Assembly: GCA_963718895.1 (NCBI GenBank)
Contig: CAVRAG010000008.1
Coordinates: 224,001 to 288,000, forward strand
Reading direction: 5' to 3'
DNA: 64,000 nt
DNA from: an uncultured Nitrososphaerota archaeon
GTDB taxonomy: Archaea; Thermoproteota; Nitrososphaeria; Nitrososphaerales; Gagatemarchaeaceae
The translations under genes and the position numbers were made by a program. Below, piece after piece: positions 37,976 through 49,113 of this stretch. Below the pieces are notes generated by a model. The model was given only the letters and a program-made list of their open reading frames with translations. It did not search any database and was not told the DNA's origin. Each line of letters starts with the position of its first letter. Position 1 is the stretch's first letter.

Positions 37976-39523
37976 TGGGGCTCTATCGTAGCCGGCGGCT
38001 TGGAGGAGATGGCGTAGACGACGCTGACCACACCTTCGACCTCGTTGGTGATCTTCGCCGAGATCGTCTCAAGGAGCTCCGGGGGCGCCCTGTACCAGTC
38101 GGCCGTCATCGCGTCGATCGACTCGACTATCTTGACCGTGACCTGAAACCCCACCTTCCTCTCGTCACCGAGGACTCCCGTCACCCTGTCGTCTCCGACG
38201 TAGGCGAAACCCTGCCAGACCTTGTTGTACACCCCTCCCTCGACGAGGGCGTCCTCTACAACCTTGTTCGAGTGCCGGCAGACCCTCAGCTTCTCGGGGG
38301 TGACCTCACCTATTATCCTGACCGCCAGTCCGGGCCCGGGGAAGGGGTGCCTCTGTAGGACCTTCGCAGGCAGCCCCAGGAGCGCTCCCAGCGATCGGAC
38401 CTCGTCCTTGTACAGAGCCCTGAGCGGCTCGACGACCTCCATCGAGAGGTCCTTCGGGAGGCCCCCCACGTTGTGGTGGGTCTTGATGATCGAGGCCGGA
38501 GCAGAAGAGTGGCCGCTCTCAATCACGTCTGGGTAGAGGGTCCCCTGGGCGAGGTAGCGGAAGGGCCCGTGCTCCCGGGCGTACTCTCTCGAAGACCTCG
38601 GCGAACACCCTCCCGATGATCCTCCGCTTCTGCTCCGGCTCGGCGACGCCGCCCAGGGCGGAGATGAATGCCTGCGAAGAATCGACGATCTCGACGGGCA
38701 CCCCGAGGTCCTCCTTCAGGAATTTCGAGACCTCTGACCCCTCGCCCTCTCTCAGGAGCCCGGTGTCGATGAAGACGCACTGAAGCCTGTCGCCGACCGC
38801 CCTGTTCAGCAAGACGGACGCGACCGAGGAGTCGACCCCCCCTGAGACGGCGCAGAGAACCCTTCCGTCGATCCTGGCCGAGAGCTCGGCGACTGTCTCC
38901 TCGAGGAAGTTGCTCATGCTCCAACCCCTCTTGGCGCCGCAGACGTTGAAGACGAAATTGGAGAGCATCGCGCTCCCCTTCTCCGTGTGGGCGACCTCCG
39001 GATGGAACTGGACCCCGAACTGCCTCCCGTCGGCGGACTGCACCGCGGCGTAGGGGGAGTTCTCGCTGACCCCGAGCACCGACATGCCCTCCGGTAGCCT
39101 GGTTGCGGAGTCGCTGTGGGACATCCAGCAGGAGATCTTGTCCTGGGAGAAACCGCTGAAGAGACCGGACCTGTCGAGGATGGTCAGACTGGACTTGCCG
39201 TACTCGCGCCTCGAAGCCCGTTCCACCTCCCCTCCGTGCGCCTGTACAATCAGCTGGTAGCCGTAGCAGATACCGAGAACAGGGAATTCGCCGTTGAGGA
39301 CCTCCTGGTCGGGATGGGGCGAGGAGGGAGAGTAGACGCTGGCCGGGCCCCCCGAGAGCACCACGCCGGCGACCTTCATCCTCCGCAGATCCTCCACGGG
39401 AGTGTCGTGCCTCAAAAGCGCCGCATATACGCCCAGCGCCCTTATCCTCCTGCAGATCAGGTGCGAGTACTGCCCGCCGAAGTCGAGAACCGCTATGCCT
39501 CCGTCCAGGAGGTCTTGCTTCAG
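37972..39523 (-). CDS. guaA: GMP synthase, glutamine-hydrolysing (frameshift near 38586; probable CTG start)
   Basis: LDFGGQY, GICYG, QFHPEV, SGGVDS, IKTHHNVGGLP, KPPATIE. Confidence 0.95.
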
Positions 39524-39524
39524 C

Positions 39525-40635
39525 CTAGGCTCCCCCCTTCAGGGTGAGGGAGTGGACCCCTAACTCGGTGTAACCGACGGCGGAGACCACTCCGAAGGTC
39601 GCGACCCCCCAAAGGTCACGGATGCTCTTTGCGCCGGCATACCCGAACGAGGCCCGAAGACCGTTCGCCATCCCTTCGAGGACGTCCTCGGCAGACCCAG
39701 CGTAGTCGACATAGGCCTCGACGCCCTCGTCGAGTCCCTTGGCCGGGACGCTGTAGCGGTCGAGCGCGAATCTCGCCTTGCCGCGCCGCGGCGCTGGCCA
39801 TGCCTCTGTGGACCTTCATCTTCTTGCCGTTCTTCGTGATGACCCTGCTGGGCGACTCATCCGTTCCCGCCAGGACAGATCCGAGCATGACCGTCGAGGC
39901 TCCCGCGGCGAACGCCAGCGAAGCGTCTCCGGAACCCCGGATGCCACCGTCAGCGATGATCGGGACGTCTATGTTGAGCTCGCTCGCCGCGGTCGCGACC
40001 TCCGCGACAGCGAACAGCGTCGGCGCCCCAACCCTCGTAACCTCGGAGGTTATGCACACCGACCCCGAGCCGATCCCTACCCGGAAGCCGTCGACCCTCG
40101 GGAGCTCGGCGGCGATGTCGTGGACCGCCCTCCTCGTCCCAATGTTCCCCGCGATGAAGTCCTTGCTCAGGTTGGGGATTACCTTCGCCGCTGCCCTCAG
40201 GACGTTCGAATTGTGGAAGTGAGCCACGTCCGCCACCAGGAAGTCGGCTACCTTGTCCAGGGCCTCACAGCGCACTGCGTCCATCGGCGAGATCGATGCC
40301 CCGACCAGCGGCCTTCCCTGGGGGTCCACGCTCTTGACCTGGACCTTGGAGGCCTTCACCTTCCGGACCTGCTCGACCTGGTCCTCGACGCTAAGGTTCC
40401 TGTGGATGACCCCTACGCCCCCAAGGCGCGCCATCTCGAGGGCCAAACGCCACTCGGTCACCGTGTCCATCGGCGAGGATATGAACGGGAGCTCGAGAGA
40501 AATCTTCTTGGTGAGGTTGGTTGAGAGTGCGATGTCACGGGGCTCGACCTCGCTCCTCCCCGGCAGCAGGATGAAGTCCCTGAAGGTGAAGACGTTGGGT
40601 GCGTTCTTCAGTTTTGAGACAAAACTAAGTGGCAA
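39525..40635 (-). CDS. guaB: IMP dehydrogenase-family protein without CBS domains (frameshift near 39780)
   Basis: SSPMDTVTE, GIGSGSVCIT, IADGGI, RGMAS, EGVE. Confidence 0.88.
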
Positions 40636-40685
40636 GGTCTTGTTGTCCTTGCCGAAACAAGCACTCAAGGGTGCTATAATAAGGA

Positions 40686-41282
40686 TTATGGGTCTTTTTG
40701 GGAAGAAATCCCCATAAGGTTCGCCCCCGCGCCTATGACCCATATCAGGGCCGGATAGGCGACCATCCGCTCCATCCCTCCCGGACCGAGACCCAGGTAG
40801 ATGCCGCTTCCGTAAAGGACGAGAGCCGCGAGGGTGACGAGGCCAAGGAGCGCCGAGAAGTAGGAGATGGGAGGCCGCACGAGCCGGTACGAGGATATGG
40901 CCGCGAGCCCTGTGAAGAAGAACGCGACGAACGAGACCAGGACGTGCAGGTCCCCCGTCGTCTCCGGGAAGACCCCCACCCCCATGGCCCCGAGGCTCCC
41001 CGCGAGGGTGAGGATTCCGACCGCACGGTATCGGCTGGCGAAGATCATGTAGCCGGCCAGGAGACCGGCCAGGCCCAGGAGGAAGACGCTGGCATCGAAT
41101 ATCGTGGCGGATGGCTGGACTGTCACACAGGATGGGCTGCAGTCGGCGCCCAGGTCGCTGATGTGGTTCGCAGAGACGCTGTAGCCCCTGAAGAGCGACT
41201 CCGCGATCGTCATCGCGACGATGAACTGCGACCCCCCGACGAAGAGGAGCGCGCCCGCAGTCTTCAGGAGACTCCGGGCCAA
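40686..41282 (-). CDS. DUF998 family membrane protein
   Basis: YSVSANHISDLG, GVGVFPE, H, GGMER. Confidence 0.75.
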   Translation of the reverse strand: MARSLLKTAGALLFVGGSQFIVAMTIAESLFRGYSVSANHISDLGADCSPSCVTVQPSATIFDASVFLLGLAGLLAGYMIFASRYRAVGILTLAGSLGAMGVGVFPETTGDLHVLVSFVAFFFTGLAAISSYRLVRPPISYFSALLGLVTLAALVLYGSGIYLGLGPGGMERMVAYPALIWVIGAGANLMGISSQKDP

Positions 41283-41289
41283 GGTGGTG

Positions 41290-42006
41290 CTACCCCTGGC
41301 TTTGGGTCTGGAGCGCCTTCATCTCGACCTCGACCTCGTGGAGGTCCTTGATCGAATCGATAAGGCTCCAGAACCCGTAGAACGGATACGAGACTATCTC
41401 GGCGTACTGGACCAGCTTCGGGAAGGTCTCCCTCTCGATGTCACCATGGTCGGGCAGGTGCTTCATGACCTTCTGGGGGTTAATCACGTAGACGCCGCCG
41501 TTGATCCAGACGTCCGGGAACTCCGGCTTCTCCTCGAACTTCCTGACGACCTTCAGCTTGTCGATGTAGACTATGCCGAACCGTGACTTGTACGGGACGA
41601 GCGCCATCGTCACCGTCGGCTGCGTGCCCGGCGCTTCGTGAGAGGCGACCATGTTCTTGAGCGGCAGGGAGGTGATGATGTCTCCGTTCATGACGACGAC
41701 GTTCTCTCCGGGGTTCTCGACGGTCGAGAGCACCTTCCTGATTGCCCCTCCCGTGCCCAGCGGAGCCTCCTCGACGCTGTAGGATATGGCGACGCCTCCG
41801 TAGTTCGTTCCGAAGTGCTCCTTGAGCCGGTCCCACTTGTATCCGCACAGGAAGACCACCTCGTCGAGGGGTATCTCCCTCCTGAGCCAGTCGATCTGCC
41901 ACTCCGCTATGGGACGTTCGTTGACGAGGACCAGCGGCTTGGGTTTGTCCTCCGTAAGGGGCCTGAGACGCAACCCCTGCCCGCCTGCGAGGATTAGCGC
42001 TTTCAT
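41290..42006 (-). CDS. sugar-phosphate nucleotidyltransferase
   Basis: ILAGGQGLRLRPLTEDKPKPL, PLGTGGA, NGD, FEEKP. Confidence 0.9.
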   Translation of the reverse strand: MKALILAGGQGLRLRPLTEDKPKPLVLVNERPIAEWQIDWLRREIPLDEVVFLCGYKWDRLKEHFGTNYGGVAISYSVEEAPLGTGGAIRKVLSTVENPGENVVVMNGDIITSLPLKNMVASHEAPGTQPTVTMALVPYKSRFGIVYIDKLKVVRKFEEKPEFPDVWINGGVYVINPQKVMKHLPDHGDIERETFPKLVQYAEIVSYPFYGFWSLIDSIKDLHEVEVEMKALQTQSQG

Positions 42007-42216
42007 GTCGGTCCCACCGAGTCTGGCGCCGATTTGTTGAAGGATAACCGAAGAGGAAGTGTGATGCGCATGGAGTCTCTTCGTTTGCCGCGCCGCGATT
42101 GATGATATTTAGGTTTTCGGCGAATTGCCTGGCTCTCCACGGAACGGGGTCTGGAGTCGGCCGAGACGACTCACCGCTCCTCTCTGGGGCAGGGAATCGC
42201 AGGGACGGGGGGGTGC

Positions 42217-43090
42217 CTAGTCCAGGATGTAGCGGGCCAGTTCCGGCTTGCCCCTGGTTGAGACGTAGACCCCCGGCAGACCCCGCGCCCGGAGGGCGTC
42301 GGTGACGCCTCGCGCCTCCTTCAGGAGGCTCCGTTCCCCCTCGGCCGCTATCTTGTCGAGCTCTGGCGGGAGGTCCCACCCGAACCTCTCCCTGCAGGCC
42401 TGGACGTCCTCCCTCGACCGGAAGGGGAAGATGTTGTGGAGAACCTTCCTCTCAAGGCCGTTCTTCTTCAGCACCTCGACGTGCCTGTCCAGGGTGCGAG
42501 AGACGTCCGAGGTCGGGGGCTGCGCGAGAAGGACGTCGCTCCCGGCCTCGAGCCTCGCTTCCGCGATCCTCAGGCCCCTCTGGCCGTGGAGGGCCGAGAT
42601 GTCGACGGGAGAGAAGAGCGTGGCGTTCACGTCTGCCCTCTCGGCGAGGGCCCGCGCCTCGGCTACAGCCTCGGCGAGGGTCCTGAAGTCGTAGACGTTC
42701 TTTGATCCGTCGCCCTCTCCGTACGGGTCGCCCCAGACAAGGGAGACGGACTCGAGACCGAGCGAGAGGCAGGAGAGGAACATGGACCGGATCGCCTTGC
42801 GGTTCATGTCTCGGGTCGGGATGACCGGTATCACTTCGACTCCGAGCTCGTCCTTCAGGATGGCCGAGGTGTAGATGCTGGCCAGCTGAAGCCGGGCCGG
42901 AGTCCTTCATGTCGGCGACGAGGATCGCATCGGCGAGGTCGGCGATCTTCCTGACCCGGGTGACGGTGTCTCGCAGCTTCTGCCTAATCCCGATGAGCGG
43001 CTCCCGCGCAGCCTCCGCGCTGAAGTTCGGAGGGAAGATCTCGATCAGGGTCGTGAAGACGCCCCGGTCCATCCGCTCGTTGAGCCTCAA
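42217..43090 (-). CDS. methylenetetrahydrofolate reductase-like protein (frameshift near 42895)
   Basis: EIFPP, RDMNRKAI, LVWGDP, EAGSDVLLAQP; last gene of the met cluster. Confidence 0.75.
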
Positions 43091-44339
43091 TCACTCGATC
43101 ACTTTCTGGCGGTAGACCTGGGCGCCAGACTGGAGGGAGGCCTCCGCCCTGCCCAGCTCGAGGGTCAGATAGGCCAGGTGCCTTCTGCTGATTCCGAGCT
43201 CGTCAGCCTCGTCGTTCAGCGACTGGAATATCCGCTCTGCCGACCTCGACTTGAAGCGCTTCTTAGGTACGTGCTGGTAGGAGTAGTAGGTAACCAGAAT
43301 CTCCTTCGACTCCCGGAGCATGGAGACAAGGAAGTAGCCCTGCGGGTCGTACTCCTTCGCGGTTAGCCGAGAGGGGACCGCCTCCTCGGGCCGGCCGAAG
43401 TAGACGTCGTCCCTTGCGAGCGTGAGCACGACGTTCTTCGCGTAGGCGACCTCTCTGTTGAGGTTCCTCTGGCCGCAGTGGGGATGGACGAACTGGATCC
43501 TGTCCTCGCCCAGTCGTGCGCGGGCGAAGTCGATCATCTTTCCCGTCTCCTGGGCGCTCTCAACCCTCAGGCTCTGGCTGTCTGTGCAGCCGAGCCCTAT
43601 GAGCTGGTCGTAGTTGCGTCTGCTCGCCTCGTCGAAGAGGCGCGGGTAGTGGTAGAAGTCGAGGGAGAGGGTGTGGACCTTGGTCCGGATGAGCTCCGGG
43701 AAGACCCTGGACGCGTCGCCGCACGCATGTAGGACGACGGGTAGCTTTGCCGCGGCGGCGACCTCCTCGTAGAGCCCGACGAAGTAGTCGGGAGTGAACG
43801 AGTCGGACGCGACCGCCGGCGAGTCGAGCTGGATCCATGACACGGCCCCGGAGTCCTGGAGTTGCTGTATCTCGGGGATCACTATCTTCCTGTTTATCTC
43901 GACCGCGAGCTCCCGCGTGTCCGCGTAAGACCCCGTCCTTATCTTGGCGAACCTCGCGAGTGTGTAGGCGTCGGTGATCGGTTCCTTGATCTCATAGTGC
44001 GAAGGAAGGGCGCTCCGCGGCGTGGAGGACGTCGGCCAGCCTGTTCGAGCCGACCCTCGAGATCTTCTCGTCGACGAACGCCTCCGTCCCGTTCCACCGT
44101 ATCCCCTTCACGAACCTGGGGTCGAGGAAGAGGGAGTAGAGGTCTCCTCTCGACTGCCCCGTCGACGGGACCTCGATCCCTGCCGATGTGAAGTCCTCCA
44201 GAGCCTCGTCTATCGACCAGAGGTACGGGTCGATCACGTCGTCCCCGAGTCCGTGGCTGGAGATGGCGAGGTAGTACTCGACGTCCTCGGGTCTCGGGAA
44301 GGTGGGGTAGCTGCCTATGGTGGTGGTCTTTGGCATCAA
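43091..44339 (-). CDS. MetE-like (core methionine synthase) domain fused to a DUF4346-like C-terminus (frameshifts near 43930-44010)
   Basis: TTTIGSYP, STGQSRGD, IQLDSP, LHACG, HPHCG; C-terminal DPQGYFLV...HLAYLTLELGRAE. Confidence 0.7.
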
Positions 44340-45535
44340 GGAGCGGAGAGCTCACCTCTCGCCTTCTCCGCGCCCGCCACCACCAGGTCGAGCATGCTCT
44401 GCGCGACCTCCGGCCTCCTCGTCCTGAGCCCGCAGTCGGGGTTCACGAACAGGACCCGGGGATCGAGCTCGGTGACCTTGGCCGAGTACAGGATCCTGTC
44501 CCTCACCACGTCGACGCTCGGGAGCCTGTCGGTGTGGACGTGGAGAATCCCGACCCCCAGTCCCTTGGTGTAGCCGTACTCCTTGAAGAGCCTGAGGTCT
44601 GCGAATCCTGGTCTCGCCTCTGCTGACACGCCGCGGCGGTACCCGTCCCTGTTGCCGTACTCGAATGAGAAACGTTCGCACTTCTTCATCTCGAGCAGCT
44701 CGGGGAACAGAATCCCGTAGCCGAGGCTGGGCGGGAAGCATGAGTGGACGCTGAACGTGGCGCTCAGGCCCTTCGTCGTCTCGTTGAACGCCTCGGAGAC
44801 TAGCTTGATGTCCTCCCGGGATTGGTACTGGGTCGCCGCGGGGATGTCGATCTGCACTTCCTCGACACCCTTGGCTATGAGCTCCCTGACGACCTTCCTG
44901 ATTATCTTGGCGAGGTCGAGCGTGAACTCACGGCGTGCGTTGAAGGACCTCCGGAGGGGAGAGGCCTTCTCCTTCGCCCACTTTGAGGTGTAGTGGTGGT
45001 TGTCCGACCAGGCCATGATGGTGATGGCGTCTGTAACGGGCACCTTGACCTTGCGCTTCGCGTGCTTCTGGGTGAAGACGAGCTCCTCGACGTGGTAATT
45101 GTTCTTGTACGAAGGAGGGGACCTTATCGAGGCCATCCTCCAGTACTTGTTGTCGAAGCTCCTCACCCTACCGATGAACTCGAACCCCTCGATGTTTGAG
45201 ACCGGCGTCTCGTACATCTCTGTCCTTGCCTGCTCACCGGACCAGACCAGGTCCAGCCCCTGGCGTTCGACCGAGGCGCCGCCGGCCGTCTCGTTCATCC
45301 TGATCGCGTAGAGGAGCGAGAAGTCGACTATGGCCATCTTCTCTTCCTCGGAGAAGCCTGCCTTCTTCGAGAGTATGCCGAGGAGCTTCTTCGTCCCCGG
45401 GACGCGAAGCCTCTCTCCCCACACCTCGGCCGAGACGACGTCGGAGTCGGCCAGCTCCATCTGCCTGAAGGGTTTCGTCCGCCATGAGAACTTGGGCAGG
45501 CTGCCTATCTCCTGGGTCGGGAAGGCCTTGGTCAA
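44336..45535 (-). CDS. cobalamin-independent methionine synthase, catalytic half
   Basis: TQEIGSLPK, GEQARTEM, VRSFDNKY, VHSCF, FEY, NPDCGLRTR. Confidence 0.9.
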   Translation of the reverse strand: MTKAFPTQEIGSLPKFSWRTKPFRQMELADSDVVSAEVWGERLRVPGTKKLLGILSKKAGFSEEEKMAIVDFSLLYAIRMNETAGGASVERQGLDLVWSGEQARTEMYETPVSNIEGFEFIGRVRSFDNKYWRMASIRSPPSYKNNYHVEELVFTQKHAKRKVKVPVTDAITIMAWSDNHHYTSKWAKEKASPLRRSFNARREFTLDLAKIIRKVVRELIAKGVEEVQIDIPAATQYQSREDIKLVSEAFNETTKGLSATFSVHSCFPPSLGYGILFPELLEMKKCERFSFEYGNRDGYRRGVSAEARPGFADLRLFKEYGYTKGLGVGILHVHTDRLPSVDVVRDRILYSAKVTELDPRVLFVNPDCGLRTRRPEVAQSMLDLVVAGAEKARGELSAP

Positions 45536-45538
45536 GAT

Positions 45539-46514
45539 TCATCTGCCCCCGAGCTTCCTCTTCAGCAGGCCGAGCCGTTCCAGCTTCGCGTCGGCGGAGA
45601 CGCGCGGTATGTACCTGAGGTCGCAGGAGGGCGCGAGCGTGATGGACCTCGACCCTGTCTTGTCACCTACGCGTTCGACCTTGTCGACCAGCTCCTCGAC
45701 GCTCTCGAGGTAGCTCGTTCTCGAGTCCGCGACTCCGGCGATGATCCCCTTCCTCGTCGACGTCAGGTCCTCGGGGTCCGTCTGTGTGAAATCGAATCCG
45801 AGGTCGCCCGTCGGTATCGAGTCGAAGATCTCGGGGATGTAGGGCGAAGCGTCGCCGAAGAACGTGTGGAAGCCCGTCCCCAGAGACGTCCCCCTCGTGC
45901 TCGTCCTTATCGCCTCGCCTGCCTGCTTCAGCCGGTCCTTGTCGAGAGGCTTCCCCCTGAAACGGGCGACGAGGGCCGGGGAGGAGAACTGGACGTACTC
46001 AACGCCGTTGTTCTCGAGGGTCCTGAGTTCCGCGTTCAGGGCCTGGGCGTAGGCGAACATGACCTTCTCGGGGTCATGGTAGTAGTTGTCTTCCGCGAGC
46101 TCGGAGAAGGTGAGCGGGTCGGGCAGAGCGATCCTGAACCCTCCGTCCGGGACGAACCTGTGCTCGACATTCCTCCAGATGGCGCGCCCGCTGCTCGAGA
46201 TTGGCCCGTCCACGACCGGGGCCTGGTAGAAGGTGTTGGTGTTGTACCACCTTATCATGGCGCCTCTCTTCACGCCGGAGAATCCGCTGGTAATCGGCCT
46301 GAGCGGAGTCCTGCCAGGCGGTGGTCATCTGACCGTCGGAGATGAAGTCAGCGCCCACCTCCTTCTGGAGGCGGACGAGCGAGGCCACGTCGTCCCTGAA
46401 CGCGGCGGCGAGCAGCACGGAGTCGATCCTGCCTCTCTCCCAGTCCTGCGTCGCCTGGATGGTCGATTCATTGCGGGCGTGAAGCCCTGTCAGTGAAAGC
46501 TTGAACTCGGTCAT
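45539..46514 (-). CDS. MetE N-terminal-half-like protein of a split MetE (frameshift near 46305)
   Basis: ISDGQ, RWYNTNTFYQAP, LPDPLTF, HTFFG; lacks the H-x-C zinc motif. Confidence 0.8.
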
Positions 46515-46631
46515 CTACGCAATTCTTGCCTGCTGGCGCGGCGAGTATTCATGTCAATAAAAAGCGTTCTGAAATCAACATTCCTGCCATTCATATCACG
46601 GTCGCGTTCAGGTCAAGAAGAACCTCAAGAG

Positions 46632-46889
46632 CTAGGCGCTTCCCTCACGTGCCAGCCGCCTCATGTAGGCCGTGACAGTTGCCGTGAGGCCATAGACGAA
46701 GAGAATCACAATGTATAACGCATAAGGAAGAGCTGCATTCATCACTTCGGTACACTGAGCGCATGGACTACCACGACCATTGACCATTAGCAGAGCTAAG
46801 AAGAGGACGTTAACTAACAGGCATACGATACCTGACAAGCGCAGGAATCGCCACGCCTTCCCTTCTCCTTTCCATCCGGACCCTAGCAC
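46632..46889 (-). CDS. small low-GC two-TM protein with CxxC (possibly a fragment)
   Basis: Two hydrophobic segments around CAQC; AT-richer codons than neighbours. Confidence 0.4.
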   Translation of the reverse strand: MLGSGWKGEGKAWRFLRLSGIVCLLVNVLFLALLMVNGRGSPCAQCTEVMNAALPYALYIVILFVYGLTATVTAYMRRLAREGSA

Positions 46890-46945
46890 ATCTTCGTGTC
46901 CAAAAAGTCGCCTAAGAAAATCCTTCGCAGGGAGGGCACCCTAGG

Positions 46946-47824
46946 TCAGTTCAGCCCTGCGAGCTGCTCGAAGATCTTTATCAGTGCCTGGGTCCCTTCT
47001 TCTCCGCTCCCCGCCGTCTCAAGCGCGTTGTAGAGCTGGTGCGCGACGCTGGTGTTAGGGAGCGCCACGCCCAGTTCGTCCCCGCTGCTTAGCACGAGCT
47101 TGAGGTCCTTCTGAAGTAGCTTGACCTTGAACCCAGGAGCGAAGTCCCCGTCCACAGCCTTAGGGCCGAGATTGACGAGGCTCCACGAGGATGCTGCTCC
47201 GGCGGAGAGAGAGTCGATCACCATCTTCTGGTCGAGCCCGGCCTTCTTCGCGAAGACCATGCACTCGCAGACCCCCATCATGTTACCGACGACGAGTATC
47301 TGGTTCGCGAGCTTCGTCAGCTGGCCGGAGCCGCTCTCTCCCATTCGGACGATCTTCTTGCCCATCGCCTGGAGGACGGGCAGGCAGTCGTCGAACACAG
47401 CCTCGGGCCCTCCCACCATGATCGTCAGGGTCCCCTCGCGAGCTCCCTTGTCCCCGCCGCTCACGGGCGCGTCGAGCATCTGGGCGCCAGCATCGGAGAG
47501 CCTGGCGGAGATGGTCCTCGTGACCTTCGGCGAGATCGTGCTCATGTCAATCACGACGAGTCCCTTTCTGGCTGCCTCAAGGACGCCCTGTCTCCCCAGT
47601 ATCACCTGCTCGACGTCGGGAGTATCGGTGACCATGGTTATGACGACGTCAGATTCGGCCGCGACCTGCTTGGGCGAGTCGGCCACCCGCGCACCCATGG
47701 ACGAGAGCGCCTCCGAGGGGCCGCTGCTCCTGTTGTAGACGGTTAGCGGGTATCCGGCTTTCAGGAGGTTCTGTGACATCGGCCTCCCCATAATCCCTAG
47801 TCCGATGAAACCGATTCTCTTCAT
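46946..47824 (-). CDS. beta-hydroxyacid dehydrogenase (2-hydroxy-3-oxopropionate reductase-like)
   Basis: IGFIGLGIMG, DAPVSGG, TKLANQ, KDL. Confidence 0.9.
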   Translation of the reverse strand: MKRIGFIGLGIMGRPMSQNLLKAGYPLTVYNRSSGPSEALSSMGARVADSPKQVAAESDVVITMVTDTPDVEQVILGRQGVLEAARKGLVVIDMSTISPKVTRTISARLSDAGAQMLDAPVSGGDKGAREGTLTIMVGGPEAVFDDCLPVLQAMGKKIVRMGESGSGQLTKLANQILVVGNMMGVCECMVFAKKAGLDQKMVIDSLSAGAASSWSLVNLGPKAVDGDFAPGFKVKLLQKDLKLVLSSGDELGVALPNTSVAHQLYNALETAGSGEEGTQALIKIFEQLAGLN

Positions 47825-47850
47825 CTCGCCGGACAGCCACGGGATACGAT

Positions 47851-49059
47851 TTATCTGTTGGGACCCGGGGTCGCGTTCCTCATCGCTACCGCGTACGGTA
47901 CAAGGACGAGAAGGAAGGTCGCTCCGAGGGAGAGGTAGGCCGCGGTCAGGCCGAACTGGACCCAGACGGCGCTCCCCAGGAGCGGCCCTATGATCACTCC
48001 GACATCCTCTGCGGCGCCGTATATGCCCATCGCCCTGCCGGCGTACCTCTTCGGGATTCCGACCATCAGCAGGGAGAGCGACAGCGGGCTTATCGCCGAG
48101 AAGCACGCGCCCTCCATCAGACCGGCCGCCGCTATCTCCCAGACGTCGCTGAGCTGGGTCAGGAGGACGAAGACGCCGAAACTGGCGGCGAGAGCCGTCG
48201 CGATCACGAGCCTAGCCCGGCTGCCTCCGCGCCGAGACAGGAGAGGCTGGAAGATCACGTTGGCCACCCAAAAGGATGAGAGGACGACGCTGGCCTGGAG
48301 GTAGGTGGCAGAGATGGACGGGGTCTGGGTCACGACGAGCTGCATTATGTTAACGAAGAAGGAGTAGCCGATGAAGGTGGGGACGGCGACCAGCGAGATG
48401 AGGGGCAACCCGCGCCAGTCCAGAGGTGGTCGGGTCTCGTTCTTGGCCGGGTCCGTCCCGATTTCTCCGAATCCGTCCCTCGGACCTCCCCTCCTCGCCG
48501 ACCGAAGATAGACCAGGTAGACGACTACGGTCGCGACCGCTGCTAGGTAGAACAGGTTCCCAAAGTGGATCGAGGACTCGGTCAGTCCCGCAACGAGGAT
48601 CCCGACGAGCTGGGCCAGGGCGTATATCGACCCGAGCAGCCCGAAGCCCCCGGCCCACCTGCCCGACTCGTTCTGCCTTATGACCAGGGAGCGCGAGACG
48701 ACGGCGAGGATCGGGCCCGACATTCCGAGAAGGAGCTCGGCGAGGATGGCGCCCTCTGTGTTCCTTACGAAGGGCAGGAACAGGTAGGTGGCCGCGGTGG
48801 CGGCCGTGCTCGCGAGTATGAGGCGCTCCGGGCCGACCCTGTCGAAGAAGACGCCCCAGAGGATCTCGGAGATTAGGAGGCTGGCGCCGAAGAAGCCGAT
48901 GGAGATTCCGACCTGGAGATCGGGAATCCCGATTGAGAAGAAGTAGAGCGGGAGGAGGAACCCCGTGACGCCCCTCAGTATCGTGAAGATCGAGTAGAGG
49001 GAGATGAATGGAAGCCGGCTCCGACCGCTCAAATCGGGAGAGCGGCTGGCGTTTTTCAT
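47851..49059 (-). CDS. MFS transporter
   Basis: Multi-TM pattern, WGVFFDRVG, GRAMGIY, IGPLLG. Confidence 0.85.
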   Translation of the reverse strand: MKNASRSPDLSGRSRLPFISLYSIFTILRGVTGFLLPLYFFSIGIPDLQVGISIGFFGASLLISEILWGVFFDRVGPERLILASTAATAATYLFLPFVRNTEGAILAELLLGMSGPILAVVSRSLVIRQNESGRWAGGFGLLGSIYALAQLVGILVAGLTESSIHFGNLFYLAAVATVVVYLVYLRSARRGGPRDGFGEIGTDPAKNETRPPLDWRGLPLISLVAVPTFIGYSFFVNIMQLVVTQTPSISATYLQASVVLSSFWVANVIFQPLLSRRGGSRARLVIATALAASFGVFVLLTQLSDVWEIAAAGLMEGACFSAISPLSLSLLMVGIPKRYAGRAMGIYGAAEDVGVIIGPLLGSAVWVQFGLTAAYLSLGATFLLVLVPYAVAMRNATPGPNR

Positions 49060-49113
49060 TTAAGCGTTGAGTGCTGAAATTGTTTTTATGCGCCCACACG
49101 TCCAAAGAACCCC

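Noticed and set aside
42010-42215. Hairpins (CGAAGAG/CTCTTCG; GGAGCGG/CCGTTCC) between the metF-like and nucleotidyltransferase genes
   Set aside because: I could not fit a riboswitch or H/ACA architecture, so it is not supportable without covariation data.
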